DNA from: Octopus sinensis
Lineage: Eukaryota
Length of the DNA: 64,000 nucleotides
Direction of reading: 5' to 3'
Assembly (NCBI RefSeq): GCF_006345805.1
Contig: NC_043013.1
Span: 25,978,001 to 26,042,000, forward strand
Below, in pieces: positions 36,677 through 49,885 of the stretch. Within the stretch, counting starts at the first letter, position 1. Every line of letters begins with the position of its first letter. A model generated the notes under the pieces. The model was not told the DNA's origin, searched no databases, and saw only the letters and a list, made by a program, of their open reading frames with translations. The translations under genes and the position numbers were made by a program.

Positions 36677-39600
36677 ATCATCATCATCATCATCGTCGTT
36701 TAACGTCCGTTCTCCATGCTAGCATGGGTTGGACGGTTCGACCGGGGTTCTGGGAAGCCAGAAGGCTGCACCAGGCTCCAGTCTAATTTGGCAATGTTTC
36801 TACAGCTGGATGCCCTTCCTAACGCCAACCACTCCGTGAGTGTAGTGGGTGCTTTTTACGTGCCACCTGCACAGGTGCCAGGCGGGGCTGGCAACGGCCA
36901 CGGTCAGATTGGTGTATTTTATGTGCCACCGGCACGGAAGCCAGTCGAGGCGGTGCTGGCATCGGCCACGAGTCGGATAGTGCTTTTTACGTACCACCAG
37001 ACCAGGGATCCTGGCTGGTTCAATTCGATTTCGATTTCGCTTGCCCCAACATGTCTTCACAAGCAAAGGGGGTTGGCAAGGGTGCCTGTCGTACGGTCGC
37101 ATTGGAGTATTTTACGTGCCACGGCCACGAGTCGGATAGTGCTTTTTACGTACCACCAGACCAGGGATCCTGGCTGGTTCAATTCGATTTCGATTTCGCT
37201 TGCCCCAACATGTCTTCACAAGCAAAGGGGGTTGGCATGGGTGCTTGTCGTACGGTCGCATTGGAGTATTTTACGTGCCACGGCCCCGAGTCGGATAGTG
37301 CTTTTTACGTACCACCAGGCCAGGGATCCTGGCTGGTTCAATTCGGTTTCGATTTCGATTTCGCTTGCCCCAACATGTCTTCGCAAGCATGGGGGGTTGG
37401 GATGGGTGTCTGTCGTCGGATGAGGTTCTATATCGACTTCGCTTGCCTCAACCGGTCTTTGTGTCCAAGGGAGGAAAGGCATTCATAAGTGGGCTGGGCT
37501 CACTTGTCCTGCTGGTCTTCTCACGTACAGAATATTTCCAAAGGTCTCGGTCTCTGGTCATTTCCTCAGTGAGGCCTAAAGTTCGAAGGTCGTGCTTCAC
37601 CACCTCGTCCCAGGTTTTCCTGGGTCTACCTCTTCCACGGGTTCCCTCAACTGCTAGGGATTGGCACTTTCTCACACACCTATCTTCATCCATTCTCGCC
37701 ACATGACCATACCAGCGCAATCGTCTCTTTTGCACACCACAACTGATGCTTCTTAGGTACAACATTTCTCTCAAGGTGCTAACGCTCTGTCGAGTATGTA
37801 CACTGACATTACACATCCATCGGAGCATACTGGCTTCATTCCTCACGAGCTTACGCATGTCCTCAGCAGTCACAGCCCATGTTTCGCTGCCATGTAGCAT
37901 GGCTGTTCGTACACACGCATCATACAGTCTGCCTTTTACTCTGAGCGAGAGGCCTTTAGTCACCAGCAGAGGTAAGAGCTCCCTAAACTTTGCCCAGGCT
38001 ATTCTTATTCTAGCAGTTACACTTTCAGCGCACCCACCCCCACTACTGACTTGGTCACCTAGATAACGGGAGCTATCAACTACTTCTAGTTTTTCCCCCT
38101 GGAAAGTGACGGAAGTTGTTTTCTGCAGATTTTCGGAGGTTAATGCTCCCGAGCATCTGCCACATACAAAAACTATCTTCCCAGTTAGCCTACCTTTGAC
38201 ATTGCTGCACCTCTTATGTGTCCATAGCTTACACTGGGTACATCTTATAGAGTTTCTACCTACACCTTTTCTACAGATCGAGCAGGGCCATCTTCCTGAA
38301 GATATTTGTGGATTGTCTACCTTTCTACTTATTAGTACTTTGGTTTTAGCTAGGTTGACTCTAAGGCCCCTTGATTCTAAACCCTCCTTCCACACCTGGA
38401 ACTTCTCCTCCAGTTCTGATAGTGACTCAGCAATAAGAGCAAGGTCGTCAGCGTAGAGGAGCTCCAGGGACAGCCTGTCTTGAATTCCTCCGTAATTGCC
38501 TGGAGTACTATGATAAATAGGAGGGGGCTGAGTACTGAACCCTGGTGGACCCCAACCTCTACTTTGAATTCTTCTGTGTACATGTTGCCAACCCTAACCT
38601 TACTTACGGCATCTCTGTACATGGCTTGCACAGTCCTCACCAGCCATTCATCTATCCCTAGTTTCCTCATTGACCACCAGATAAGGGATCGGGGGACCCT
38701 ATCAAAAGCTTTCTCCATGTCAACGAAAGCCAGGTACAGGGGCTTATCTTTGGCTAGGTATTTCTCCTGCAGCTGCCTTACCAGGAATATAGCATCAGTG
38801 GTACTTTTTCCTGGCACGAACCCAAACTGCATCTCATCTAAACTAACTCTCTCTCTAATTAGTTGGGCTATGACCCTCTCCGTAACCTTCATTACTTGAT
38901 CCAACAGCTTGATACCTCTGTAATTATTTGTATCTAGGGCATCACCTTTACCTTTGTAGCAGTTGACTAGTATGCTGCTGCACCAGTCATTGAGTATGAC
39001 TCCTTCGTGTATCACCTGGTTGACTATACGGGTGACTAGGTTATAGCCGACACTGCCAGATATTTTGAGCATCTCTGCAGTAATTCCTGATGGGCCTGGG
39101 GCTTTCCCTGTCTTCATGCTTCTAATTGCCTTAGCTACCACGAACTATCAACTCGGATAGCTGGTCCCTCTGTAGGGTCAACATTCGGCAGACTCTCTTT
39201 ATCCCATTCATTTTCCTCATTCAGTAACCTTTCATAGTGGCGTCTCCAAGCTTCTCTCTTTGCATCCTCATTTAGCGCAAGTGAACCATCCTCCATGCGA
39301 ACACATTTCTCTCCTACCACATCACGATTCTCTCTCACACACTGTCTTGCAACACGAAATACCTCAAGTCTTTCATCCTCACGGCGCAGGACATTGGCAA
39401 ATTTTCTCTTATCTGCTTCCCCTCTGGCTAGATAGACCTGTCTCCTAGCTTCCCTTCTGGCAGTCTGATACCCTTCCCTGCTACCACCGTTCTTCCAGGC
39501 CTTCCAAGCCTGTTTCTTTTGTCTAATAGCCCTGTCAACAATATTGTTCCACCACCACGTTATTTTGGGTCTTAAGGGGACTTTGCACCAGCCACAGATC

Positions 39601-40440
39601 TGGTCAGCGGCTTTCAGCAGGTTGTCCCTCAGAAACGTCCAGTTGTCTTCTACCCCATGTGTAGCTATACCCCCTTCCACTTCGTCAAAGGCTTCAAGTA
39701 ACATATCTCTAAATCTCTGTCCATTCGCAGGGGCTTTAAGCTTCCAGACCCTTCTTCTCCATGTTGGTCGTCTTCTAGTCGCCCTCTTAGTCCTGATCCT
39801 AAAGTCACTAACTACCAGTCTATGTTGTGGGGTGCATTCTTCGCCTGGGAAGGTTTTGGCATTTTTAAGCAGCCATCTTTCCTTTTTCTGGCAAGGATGT
39901 AGTCGATTTGGCTAGTATGCCGGCCCGATCGGTAGGTGACCAGGTGGCTTGTTGGTTTCCTGAAGTTAGTGTTGCAGACCATAAGACTATTCGCATCGCA
40001 GAACTCCAGCAGCCTGGTTCCCTCCTCGTTGCGGGAACCATAACCGTAGCCTCCATGTACGCCATGGAAGCCCCCAGCATGTCGTCCAACATGCCCATTG
40101 AAATCACCAGCCACAAAGAGAAGGTCCCTGTCGTTCGTCGATGAGGTGGTCTGCAGTAGGGTGTCATAGAAACTGTCTTTCTGTCCATCGGGTAGCCCTG
40201 GCTGAGGGGCATAGGCCGATATAATGGTTGCTAATCTATTATGAAGCACTATTCTAATCTTAAGTATTCTGTCACTTACTCTGATTACCTCAATTACTCT
40301 ATCTATCCATTTCTCAGCGATAATTATACCCACGCCACCAACCCCGTCAGTGTTCCCTGCCCAGAAAATCTTGTACCTGTGTCCCTTGCCTGTGAGGACC
40401 CTAGCAGATCCTCCTCTCCACCTTATTTCTTGCATACAAC
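36677..40440 (-). mobile_element. RTE-clade LINE, 5'-truncated, AP endonuclease + reverse transcriptase, frameshifted
   Basis: ORF pieces: 39812-40435 (QEIRW...SAYAP...AGDFNGHVG...SQIDYIL), 39135-39704, 38377-39141 (KAPGPSGI...QFGFVPGKSTTDAIF...FVDMEKAFDRVPR...GVHQGSVLSPLLF; YADD in the shifted frame), 37448-38395 (...LRWYGHVARM...GRPRKTW). The 3' UTR ends in (GAT)n at about 36677. Confidence 0.95.
36963..37415. repeat. About 2.8 tandem copies of a 159-bp unit in the RTE 3' region
   Basis: Unit starts cggcc.cgagtcggatagtgc at 36963, 37122 and 37281. Confidence 0.92.
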
Positions 40441-41394
40441 ATACATATATGTATGTATGTATGTAAATTTATAAATAAGGATAATTTTGATATTTAAATA
40501 TCGATCTTATCAAGTGGCCAGCATGGGAATAAATACCATACAAAGGTAATAATTATTTAAAACTATAAATAAGGGTATCGGAGAGATACTACCTTGCCGA
40601 AATAGCAGTCAAGACCCCAACTCCAAAAACCATCTTAAATGTTCATATTGCGCCACAAGATAAGACAGAGAGACAAAATAAACTAGCTAAAAAGATTTTA
40701 CTGGATAATTCAAGATCCTGGATTTCTGGCTTTGCTTCAAATAAGCTCTGCCTTTGTCAGTTGAATATACCAGATGGGTACATAAATACAAATATATATA
40801 TATATACAGAACACACGTTATACTTACATATACGAACGTCCATACATACATATATATGCACATATGTACAAGACCAGTCCAAATTGCCCGCCAACCACCT
40901 CACAAGCACGATATGGTCAAAAATAAACATCGCAGTGAATATAGTGGCGAATTATATAAAAAGATTTTACTGGATAATTCCAAGATCCTGGGGGATCCAC
41001 AAAGAATCAAGGTATACCAAAGAGAAGTATGCCAGAAATTGGCTTGGCAGAATAACACAAAACAAATGGTTAAGTAGTCCATTTCCATAGCACAGAATGC
41101 ATCAATGAAGGGAAGTTCATTGTTGTTAGGTAATCCAAAACTCCAAAAGTATCCAAAAATAAATGGCACCATGAGAATGATGTAGAAACATAATTAAAAC
41201 AGATGAATGGGTTATCGTCTTAATGAGAGCATAATTAATCAATATGTCACTACTTGCTTGTTTATTTGGTTAGCCTGATGAGTTGAGAGTTGTATAACAT
41301 ATTGTAGAATCTTATGGTTGTTGTGCATACTGCATACCTCACTGTGGTATACCTTGATTCTTTATGGATACCCCACAATTAAAGCTATATATAT

Positions 41395-41453
<59 letters not shown>

Positions 41454-42406
41454 CACACACATATATATTTATATACATACATACATACATACACGCAAGA
41501 AAGATTCCTATTCAAACAACTGTAGCAATACCAGACGACTCATTCATCTGTTTTAATTATATGTATGTGTGTGTATGCATTACAATAGAAAATATCACTG
41601 GAATTAACCAGTTAAAATACTAAATTATCAGGTTAGATATTGTCCTCAAGGATATGTGTGCGTATATATAATGGGATTCCATCTGTTAAATCTGAGCAAT
41701 ATGGCTTCAGTTTAACAAGCGAAAAACATTTTCTCTTCTGCAACCAGACCAAATACATTCACATTTATTATCTTTTGATGTTTCAAATATTTAATAATTT
41801 AACCAAGATTTCTTAATGAAACATTCTGACTAAATGGTAAAAATCGATCAATTAACATCCAGTTCTGTTCTGTTGATGGATGTCAAAACATGTAAAATAT
41901 TCCAAGTATTCACTTTTTAATCTATTTTGTTGTTTGCCACTTCTTATCTTGTTAAAGTAAACGCTAAAGATTACATGTAGTAGCAGCAGCAGCAGTAGTA
42001 GTAATGGTAGTGGAGGTGGTGGTTATTTGCTCAATTTTTTCTTTAAAGGCCATCTTTTTTCTTTTCTTGTTTTTTTTTCTTTTGGCATTGTATATATCTG
42101 AAAAAGTGTTGCACAGCATGTGAAGATTATCTTGAATCAGAAGAAATCTGTTTGGGGTCAGATTGTGGTTGTAATGTGAAACAAGAAAGGTTATAGGTCA
42201 ATGTGTCACAGAAGTGCAAGGGAAGCCACTTGGAATATATTTGGTACATTATGTTGTCCTGCTTTTTAGTGCCCTTGAGGAGATCTCAGGAGAGGCAAAT
42301 GGCCAAATATTCTCACATCTGGTCTTTTTTTTTTTCTATCAAGAACATAGCTGAAATCTGCTGTGGTATTAACAATGCACCTATCTGTTTCAATATTGAG
42401 AGGTAG

Positions 42407-42854
42407 GTAAAGCAGCGAGCTGGCAGAAACATTAGCACACCAGGCAAAATGCCTACGGTACTTTATCTGTCTTTAAGTTCTGAGTTCAAATTCTGCTAAG
42501 GTCAACTTTGCTTTTCATCCTTTTGGGGTCGATAAATTAAGTACCAGTTGTGTACTGGGGTCGATCTAATCAACTGGGCCCCTCCCCAAAATGTCAGGCC
42601 TTGTGCCTAGAGTTGAAAAGAAAAGATTATTGAGGTAGATAAGGCGGCGAACAGGCAGAAACATTGGCACACTGGGCGAAATGCTTAGCAGGATTTCATC
42701 TGTCTCTACATTCTCAGTTCAAATTCTGCCAAGGTCGACTTTGCCTTACATCCTTTCAGGGTCAATTAATTAAGTACCAGTTGTGTACTGGGGTCAATCT
42801 AATCAACTGGCCCCCTCCCCCAAAATTTCGGGCCTTGTGCCTAGAATAGAAAAG
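42407..42854 (+). mobile_element. Two tandem SINE family 1 copies with a 16-bp TSD
   Basis: aatattgagaggtagg occurs at about 42391-42406 and about 42855-42870. Confidence 0.8.
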
Positions 42855-43014
42855 AATATTGAGAGGTAGGTTCCAAAAGACCTTGGAAAGCTTTCTGTCA
42901 ACTCTAACAAAGACATCCTTTCTAAAAGTCAAAGTTTTAGCAGAAAGAAGATCAGACATAAAAGAATCAGCTCTTATGTCATGTGGCAATTGAACATTAT
43001 GCTTATAATATTGG

Positions 43015-43500
43015 TTTCAAATTTTGGTAATTTGGGGATGGAGTATATTACATCAACCCCAGTGCCCATCATTATCATCAGCATCGTCATCGTTTAACAT
43101 CCACTTTCCATGCTGGCAGGGTTCGACAGTCTGACCAAGGACTGGCAAGCCGGGATATTGCAGCAGTCTCCAATCCTAATACCAACCATTTTGAGAGTAT
43201 AGTGGGTGCTTTCTATGTTCCACTGGCACAGGTGCCAGACAGCTGGCACTGGCATCGACTACACTTGAATGGTGCTTTTTATATGCTACCTGCACAAGAA
43301 CCAGTCAGATGGCACTGGCAATGACCACGCTCGAATGGTGCTTTTTACGTGCCTCTGGCATGGATGCCAATCAGGCGGTACTGGCACTGGCCACGACAAC
43401 AACTTCACTTGCCTCAACAGGTCTTCACAAGTACAGTTTATTGCCTAATGATTGAAGAGTACTCTTAGATGGGCTGGTTATGCTGCACTGCCATAGGCCA
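43015..43500 (-). mobile_element. RTE 3'-tail copy with about 60-bp tandem units
   Basis: catcatcgtttaacatccactttccatgctggc...tggtgctttttacgtgcc repeats. Confidence 0.75.
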
Positions 43501-44049
43501 TGGTTATGGTCAATTGGTACCCATTTTTTTGATCTCGAAGGGATGAAAAATAAAAATGACCTCAGTAGAGTTTGAACTCAGAACATAAAGTCAGACAAAA
43601 TACTGCTAAGCATTTTGCCCAGTGTGCTAACAATTCTGCCAGCCTGTCATCTTGATTATGATCATAATATTGACAGTATTGCTCATGTCTTGAGATGTAA
43701 TTCTAAGAAATCTAACAGGCCTTTCTATTTTTATCAGAAACCAGAATAGTCTATAGTTTTAGAATGTTTTACAAGATGAACAAAAGTGTTGGGGAATGGC
43801 ATATATCATTGAGAGAATTTCTCTTGATGTAACATACAAATCATATGACAATACATGAATCGTTGAAACTTTGACTCTTTAGATTTTGTAGGAGTCCTAA
43901 TAACAGTTAGATTCCTGGAGGTGTGTGAATAGAGTTAATGTCTTCTAATGGAATAAAGTTGTTGCCAAGTAAATTCCTGTTGGAAACTGCATCAATAAAT
44001 AACCTGGCACAGTTCTAATACTACAACTTCAACAATTAGTTCTTAAATA

Positions 44050-44559
44050 TGGTTAAGAGTGCGGGCTACTAATCCCAAGATTCCGAGTTCAATTCCAGGC
44101 AGTGACCTGAATAATAATAATCGTAATAATCATCATCATTATCATCATCATCATCATCGTTTAACGTCCGTTTTCCATGCTAGCACGGGTTGGACAGTTC
44201 GACCGGGGTCTGGGAAGCCAGGGGCTGCACCAGGCTCCAGTCTGATCTGGCAGTGTTTCTACAGCTGGATGCCCTTCCTAACGCCAACCACTCCGCGAGT
44301 GTAGTGGGTGCTTTTTACGTGCCACCTGCACAGGTGCCAGGGGAGTCCGGCATCAGCTACGATCGGTTGGTGCTTTTAACATGCCACTGGCACAGGAATG
44401 ACTACCCAGGTTCGAAATTTCACCAAGACACCTGATGAAGGCAGGAGGGTATATTAGCCGATACATTGTGCTAACAACAAACAAGATGAGGACAAATGCC
44501 CATCGAATGTAAATAATGTAAATAATGTACATAATTCCTCAACTCTTAAATATAGAACT
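44050..44559 (+). mobile_element. Composite tRNA-head/(AAT)n/hammerhead element with an RTE tail (44135-44395, - strand) inserted in its microsatellite
   Basis: Head ggttaagagtgcgggctactaatcccaagattccgagttcaattccaggcagtgacctg; body with a degenerate motif at 44427-44472 (GATA for GAAA); end aaatatagaact. Confidence 0.8.
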
Positions 44560-45364
44560 ACTTTCTCATTATGCTCTAAGGTTCTTAAAGTGGGTGTTAC
44601 TGCTCCTGGTGTAGAGAAAAGGGGGATGATACAGAAAAGGAGGTGCTGGGAGGAAGGCAGTGGATTGGGGAATGCTATGAATTTATTATAATATTGTATA
44701 CAAATTATATAATATTATATTAAATATCAAATGATTCATAGTATGTATAAATTATTAAAATATGAAATATTTATTTATACATAAAAATAGGGGTGGGGGC
44801 ACTGGGCATATCATGTGGCCCTGAGGGTGGGGGTGCAAAAAGTTTGAGAACCTCTGCTCTAAGACATAGATTGTTCTGACAGAGTTGCCTTCCTTAGCTA
44901 AAGACCTCAAAATTGTGCGATGGAGAGAGGTTGTCAGGCTGGCCCAGGCAATCAACCTGAATGGATGATGCCTCGACAAAAGAAGAGAGAATCATATATT
45001 TTGGATGCTCAGTTAATATATTCTAATATTTTGAGAATTCTCAATGATCTCCATAGAAAACCTATAAATGTGAGCTTTAATGATGATGATAATGGTAATG
45101 ATGATGATGATGATGATGATGACAATGGTGGTGGTGGTGGTGGTGGTGGTGATGGTGATGATGCTGCTGTTGATGATGATGATGGGGATGCTGGTGATGA
45201 CAACTACGACAACAATGACTACAGCAATGATGATGACAATGATGACAATGATTGGAAATTGATCAATTTAGATTTTTGTGAGCCAAACACAATTGAAATT
45301 TCCATGCTCTGGCACAAGTGACTAAAAATCGCCAATTTTGGCATAATATTCCTATTTAATGAGG

Positions 45365-46200
45365 TAGACCCAACAAGACAGGGGATGAGGTGGTGAAGCA
45401 CGACCTTCGAACATTGGGTCTCACAGAGGCAATGACAGGAGACCAAGACCTTTGGAGATATGCTGTGATTGAGAAGACCTAGCAGATTGAGAAGATCGTT
45501 GCTCAGTTAAGAGTACCCCTGATGCGTTGGGCGATATGATATGCTTAAGAAGACCTGTTGAGTCAAATAAAACCAATACCGTAGCTGTGGTGAGCTGGCC
45601 AAATCATTAGCATGTCAGGTGAAATGCTTAGCAGTATTTCGTCTGCTGCCACGTTCTGAGTTCAAATTCCGCTGAGGTCGACTTTGCCTTTCATCCTTTT
45701 GGGATTGATAAATTAAGTACCAGTTATGCACTGAGGTTCATGTAATCAACTTAATCCCTTTGTCTGTCCTTGTTTGTCCCCTCTATGTTTAGCCCCTTGT
45801 GGTCAATAAATAAATAAATATCGTAGCTGTAGCTAGTGCTCCCTGACTGGCTCCCATGCCAGTGGTATATAAAAAGCACCATCTGAATGTGGCTGATGCC
45901 AGTACCTCCTGACTGCGCATAGCCTTCTCTGTGCCGGTGGCACGTAAAACGCACCATCCGAACATGATCAATTCCAGGGCCCTCCTGACTGGTTCCTGTG
46001 CCAGTGACACGTAAAAAGCATCCACTACACTCTCGGAGTAGTTGGTGTTAAAAAGGGCATCCAGCTGTAGAAACATTACCAGATCAGATTGGAGCCTGGT
46101 TCAGCCATTGGCTCTCCAGATCTCAGTCAAACCGTCCAGTCCATGCCAGCATGGAAAACGGATGTTAAACGATGATAATGATGATGATGATGATGATGAC
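45365..46200 (+). mobile_element. 3' fragment of the same RTE family, interrupted by SINE family 1 (45585-45820)
   Basis: DEVVKHDLRTLGLTEAMTGDQDLWRYAVIEKT matches the end of the 37448 ORF; the tail ends gttaaacgatgataatgatg. Confidence 0.82.
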
Positions 46201-46450
46201 ACCTGCACACATACCTATGTATGCATGTATGTATATATGTAGGTATATATGTATTTGATTTGATTTTGATTTTTCCAGTTTCAGCTTATGAGCTGTGGCC
46301 ATGCTGGGGCACGTATACATACATGAACACATTGAATGCTATTTCTTTAAATGAACTTCCATATTTTTATAATATAACTCTATGTAATCTATATGTAATA
46401 TATATATATATACATACATGTAAATGTCTGTGCATATTGTTTCATTTTAG

Positions 46451-46561
46451 GTTGTTTACTTCACGGCTACCTTTCCCTACATTGTGCTGACAGCTTTTCT
46501 CATTCGTGGATTGACCCTAAAAGGATCAGGCACTGGTATCAGTTATATGTTTACACCAAAG
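46451..46561 (+). CDS. Next exon of the same SLC6 transporter (TM5 region)
   Basis: Acceptor ttcattttAG at 46449-50 and donor GTAAAA at 46562. 111 nt, phase 0-0, [37 protein letters not shown], directly continuing SSGK. Confidence 0.95.
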
Positions 46562-47300
46562 GTAAAACATTTCACTTCCTTCTCCCCGCCCTCTCTCTCT
46601 ATCTATCTATCTGTTTATCTATCTATGTATCTCTCTTTCTTTCTCTCTTTCCTCTTCCTCTCTCTCTCCCTCTTTCTCTGTCTCTCTTTCTTTCTCTCTC
46701 TCTCCTTCTCTTTCTTTTCTCACTTTCTTTCCCTCGTTCCTTTCTTCTTCCTCTATCTTTCTTTCTCTCTCTCTCTTCCTCTCTACTTTCATTTTCTCTC
46801 TCTTTCTTCCCCTCTCCTCCTCTCCCTCTCTTTATCTACCAGCCCCCCTCTCTCTCTTTCTCACTATACAATGATTAAAGCATCAATGGAGAGGAGGATT
46901 GTGCTGGTGGTGGTGGGCAGTTTGGCCAAAAGAAGCTAAAAACCAGCTGATGAAATAAGGGCAGGTTTCTTTTTCCATTCTTACTGTTGTTGTTTCACCA
47001 TAGACCAACCCTGTTCAGACAAGACTTTCACCAAAGGTATTCCATCTGTCATAATTCAACTTGTTTTTTTTTTTGTGTATATATTCAAACATAGTTAATC
47101 TAGGATTACATTACTTAATCTGTCTAACTAGGCTCCTCCATTTTTCTTTCTTTATTTTAAATCCTTTAACCATAGAGGCACATACATGGTTTGCATTGTT
47201 AAGCCATTCACTTTGGTGCAACTGTGTAGCACCTTGTGCCAGTGTCTTCTACAATAGCCTTGGGAGTGAATTTATTTCATAGAAACTGTGCAGAAGCCTG

Positions 47301-47335
<35 letters not shown>

Positions 47336-47625
47336 TGCTTCCCACTATATAGCAGCCAGTATTAAGTTATGATAACTCCCTCTGATTTAACAGTTTGTCA
47401 AAACCAGGTAGATAGAGAATAAATACCCCAGACTTGCTCCAGTATGGCCACAGTCGAATGACTGAAATGAGCGATAGAATAACAGGCTTAAATAATTGTC
47501 GTGAAGAGGGCAGTGCTCATGGCACTTTATTTTATTCAGAATGTTTGTAACAGATGAAATGAAAAGAGAAAGTTATCTTCAGATCATAGACTTCACCCAA
47601 ATTCTTTCAAGTAACAGTGTTCTCT

Positions 47626-47787
47626 ATTTACATTATTTACATTATTTACATTTGACGGATATTTGTCCTCATCTTGCTTCTTGTTAATACAATGTTTCGG
47701 CTGATATACCATCCAGCCTTCATCAGGTGTTTTGGGGAAATTTCGAACCTGGGTTCTCATTCCTAAGGTATTTTTCGATGATGTTGT

Positions 47788-47820
<33 letters not shown>

Positions 47821-47927
47821 TATTACTATTATTCAGGTCACTGCCTGGAATCGAACTCGGAATCTTGGGGTTAGTAGCCCGCACTCTTAACCACTACGCC
47901 ATAAGCCCGTAGGCATATGGCATAGTG

Positions 47928-48007
<80 letters not shown>

Positions 48008-48181
48008 CAACATAGAAAAATACCTTAGGAATGAGAAACCAGGTTCGAAATTTCTGCAAGACACCTGAAGAAGGCTGGAGGGTATATCAGCCAAAATGTG
48101 TTAACAACGAACAAGATGCAGACAAATATCTGTTGAATGTAAATAATGTACATAATTCCTCATCTCTTAAATATAGAACTG
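47626..48181. mobile_element. Head-to-head inverted pair of the composite hammerhead element with a 13-bp TSD
   Basis: AACAGTGTTCTCT at 47613-47625 and 48182-48194. The minus copy has a full head (47830-47902) and a motif at 47686-47731. The plus copy has a head stub (47913-47930) and a degenerate motif at 48060. Confidence 0.88.
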
Positions 48182-48229
48182 AACAGTGTTCTCTGCTAAA
48201 CACAACCAAAGAGCTGGCAGCGGTGTTAA

Positions 48230-49347
48230 CCCATTGCCTGCCATGAGCCCTATTTGGGGATCCGCTAAAAGCAGTCTTACTGCCGGTTGTTCGTTGTATT
48301 TAAAGTGAATTTCTTATGCACATTGCATTTGCAGAGGTGTGTTTAACAATATTTAGTAGTCAAAAGTCTGTCATTATTAAAACATAAACAATATGAGAGA
48401 TCACTATAAGGGTCTCTTGTATACTAAAAATAGGCATCAAACTGTCTTACCACTAAATCTGTGTTCTCAACTTAGTAACACGCTAAATGTTTACAAGCTA
48501 GAGAAATGAAAAAAATTAAACATAGCACTAATTCTTGAGGAGATTTTGTATCATAAATCACAATTTTTGAACTACAAAAATACTGCCATGTTATGTTGGC
48601 AAACAATCTTTATCCAAAGTACTGTTGCTGAATATCTCAAGTTGTGAGATTTAAAAATAGTAATTTTCTAATTTATAGATCAGTGACTTAGTTGTACCTT
48701 TGAAAACTATATATTTCGAATGAGAATTTGGCAGCACCACCTCAAGCCAAATAATTATTCTGTGCTGATGAAGGGAAATAACCCGGAAATCGTAATACAC
48801 AGATATTGTTTTGAGATGAGTTGGGGTACTAGATTCCCTTGTTTGAAATATAAGGACACAGATCATGTTGTATGGCCAGCTGGAGACGATGTCTCCTGGG
48901 ACTAAATTACTGCAACATTCATCCTAAACCAGGACTGCCATGTTATGCTGGCAAATAATCTTTACGCCAAAGGTACTGTTGCTGAATATCTCTCGTTGTG
49001 AGATTTACAAATAGTAATTTTCTACAAAAATACTGACCGTTTTGAAAAGGTATTTTTTTTTCTTTTTGCATTTCTCATTTATATTTGATGTGTATTTCAT
49101 ACACATTCACATTTGATACTATAGCTTCAAAAAAACTAAAATGTTTATTATTGCAATTGAATAGAAAAGGATAAATATGCTTTTTTTCAGCAATCCCAAT
49201 TTGGGACTTTTCGTAAAATTTGTAATTTCCAAAATAATTCGCATATGAAGAAAATTTAAATACTATATATTTAAATACTATATTTTAACTCCTAAGACAC
49301 CTGACAAAGCCAAAAAGTATGAATACAAAACTTTGGCAGTTAATGGG
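48230..49347. mobile_element. piggyBac-like non-autonomous element
   Basis: TTAA-cccattgcctgcca at the left and tggcagttaatggg-TTAA at the right. Confidence 0.65.
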
Positions 49348-49580
49348 TTAAAGTGGATGATTGATTACCATCCAAGGACAGCCAAAACAAATGCTACAAC
49401 CCATCTCGTCTGCAGGTGTGGCTGTGGGTTTTCGTTGCTTCCTTTGCAACCAAAGGGTTTCAGGTTCAGTCCTACTGTAGCACCAACCAATGCCTTATGA
49501 GTGAATTTAGTTGATGGAAACTGTGTGGAAGCCTGTCACATGTGTGTCTATATGCGTGTGCGTGTATAAGTGTATGTTTG

Positions 49581-49616
<36 letters not shown>

Positions 49617-49651
49617 CAAAATCGTATGATTATATATATATCTGTATATAT

Positions 49652-49885
49652 GTGGCGGCAAGCTGGCAGAAACGTTAGCACGCTGGGCGAAATGCGTAGC
49701 CATATTTCGTCTGCCGTTACGTTCTGAGTTCAAATTCCGCCGAGGTCGACTTTGCCTTTCATCCTTTCGGGGTCGATAAATAAAGTTCCAGTTTCACACT
49801 GGGGTCGATGTAATCGACTTAATCCCTTTGTCTGTCCTTGTTTGTCTCCTCTATGTTTAGCCTCTTGTGGGCAATAAAGAAATAT
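49652..49885 (+). mobile_element. SINE family 1, young copy
   Basis: Near identical to 20017-20222. Confidence 0.88.

Noticed and set aside
36963-37415. CRISPR-like or other repeat-spacer array (also 61045-61150 and 52250-52460)
   Set aside because: The units are contiguous tandem copies without unique spacers, in eukaryotic transposon context.
36716-37488. Plus-strand 235-aa and 145-aa ORFs with 53-aa repeats
   Set aside because: They are antisense read-through of the RTE 3' tandem repeat.
40900-41310. Penelope RT motifs NNELPFID and SQLIR on the minus strand
   Set aside because: The motifs appear in the wrong order and in different frames.
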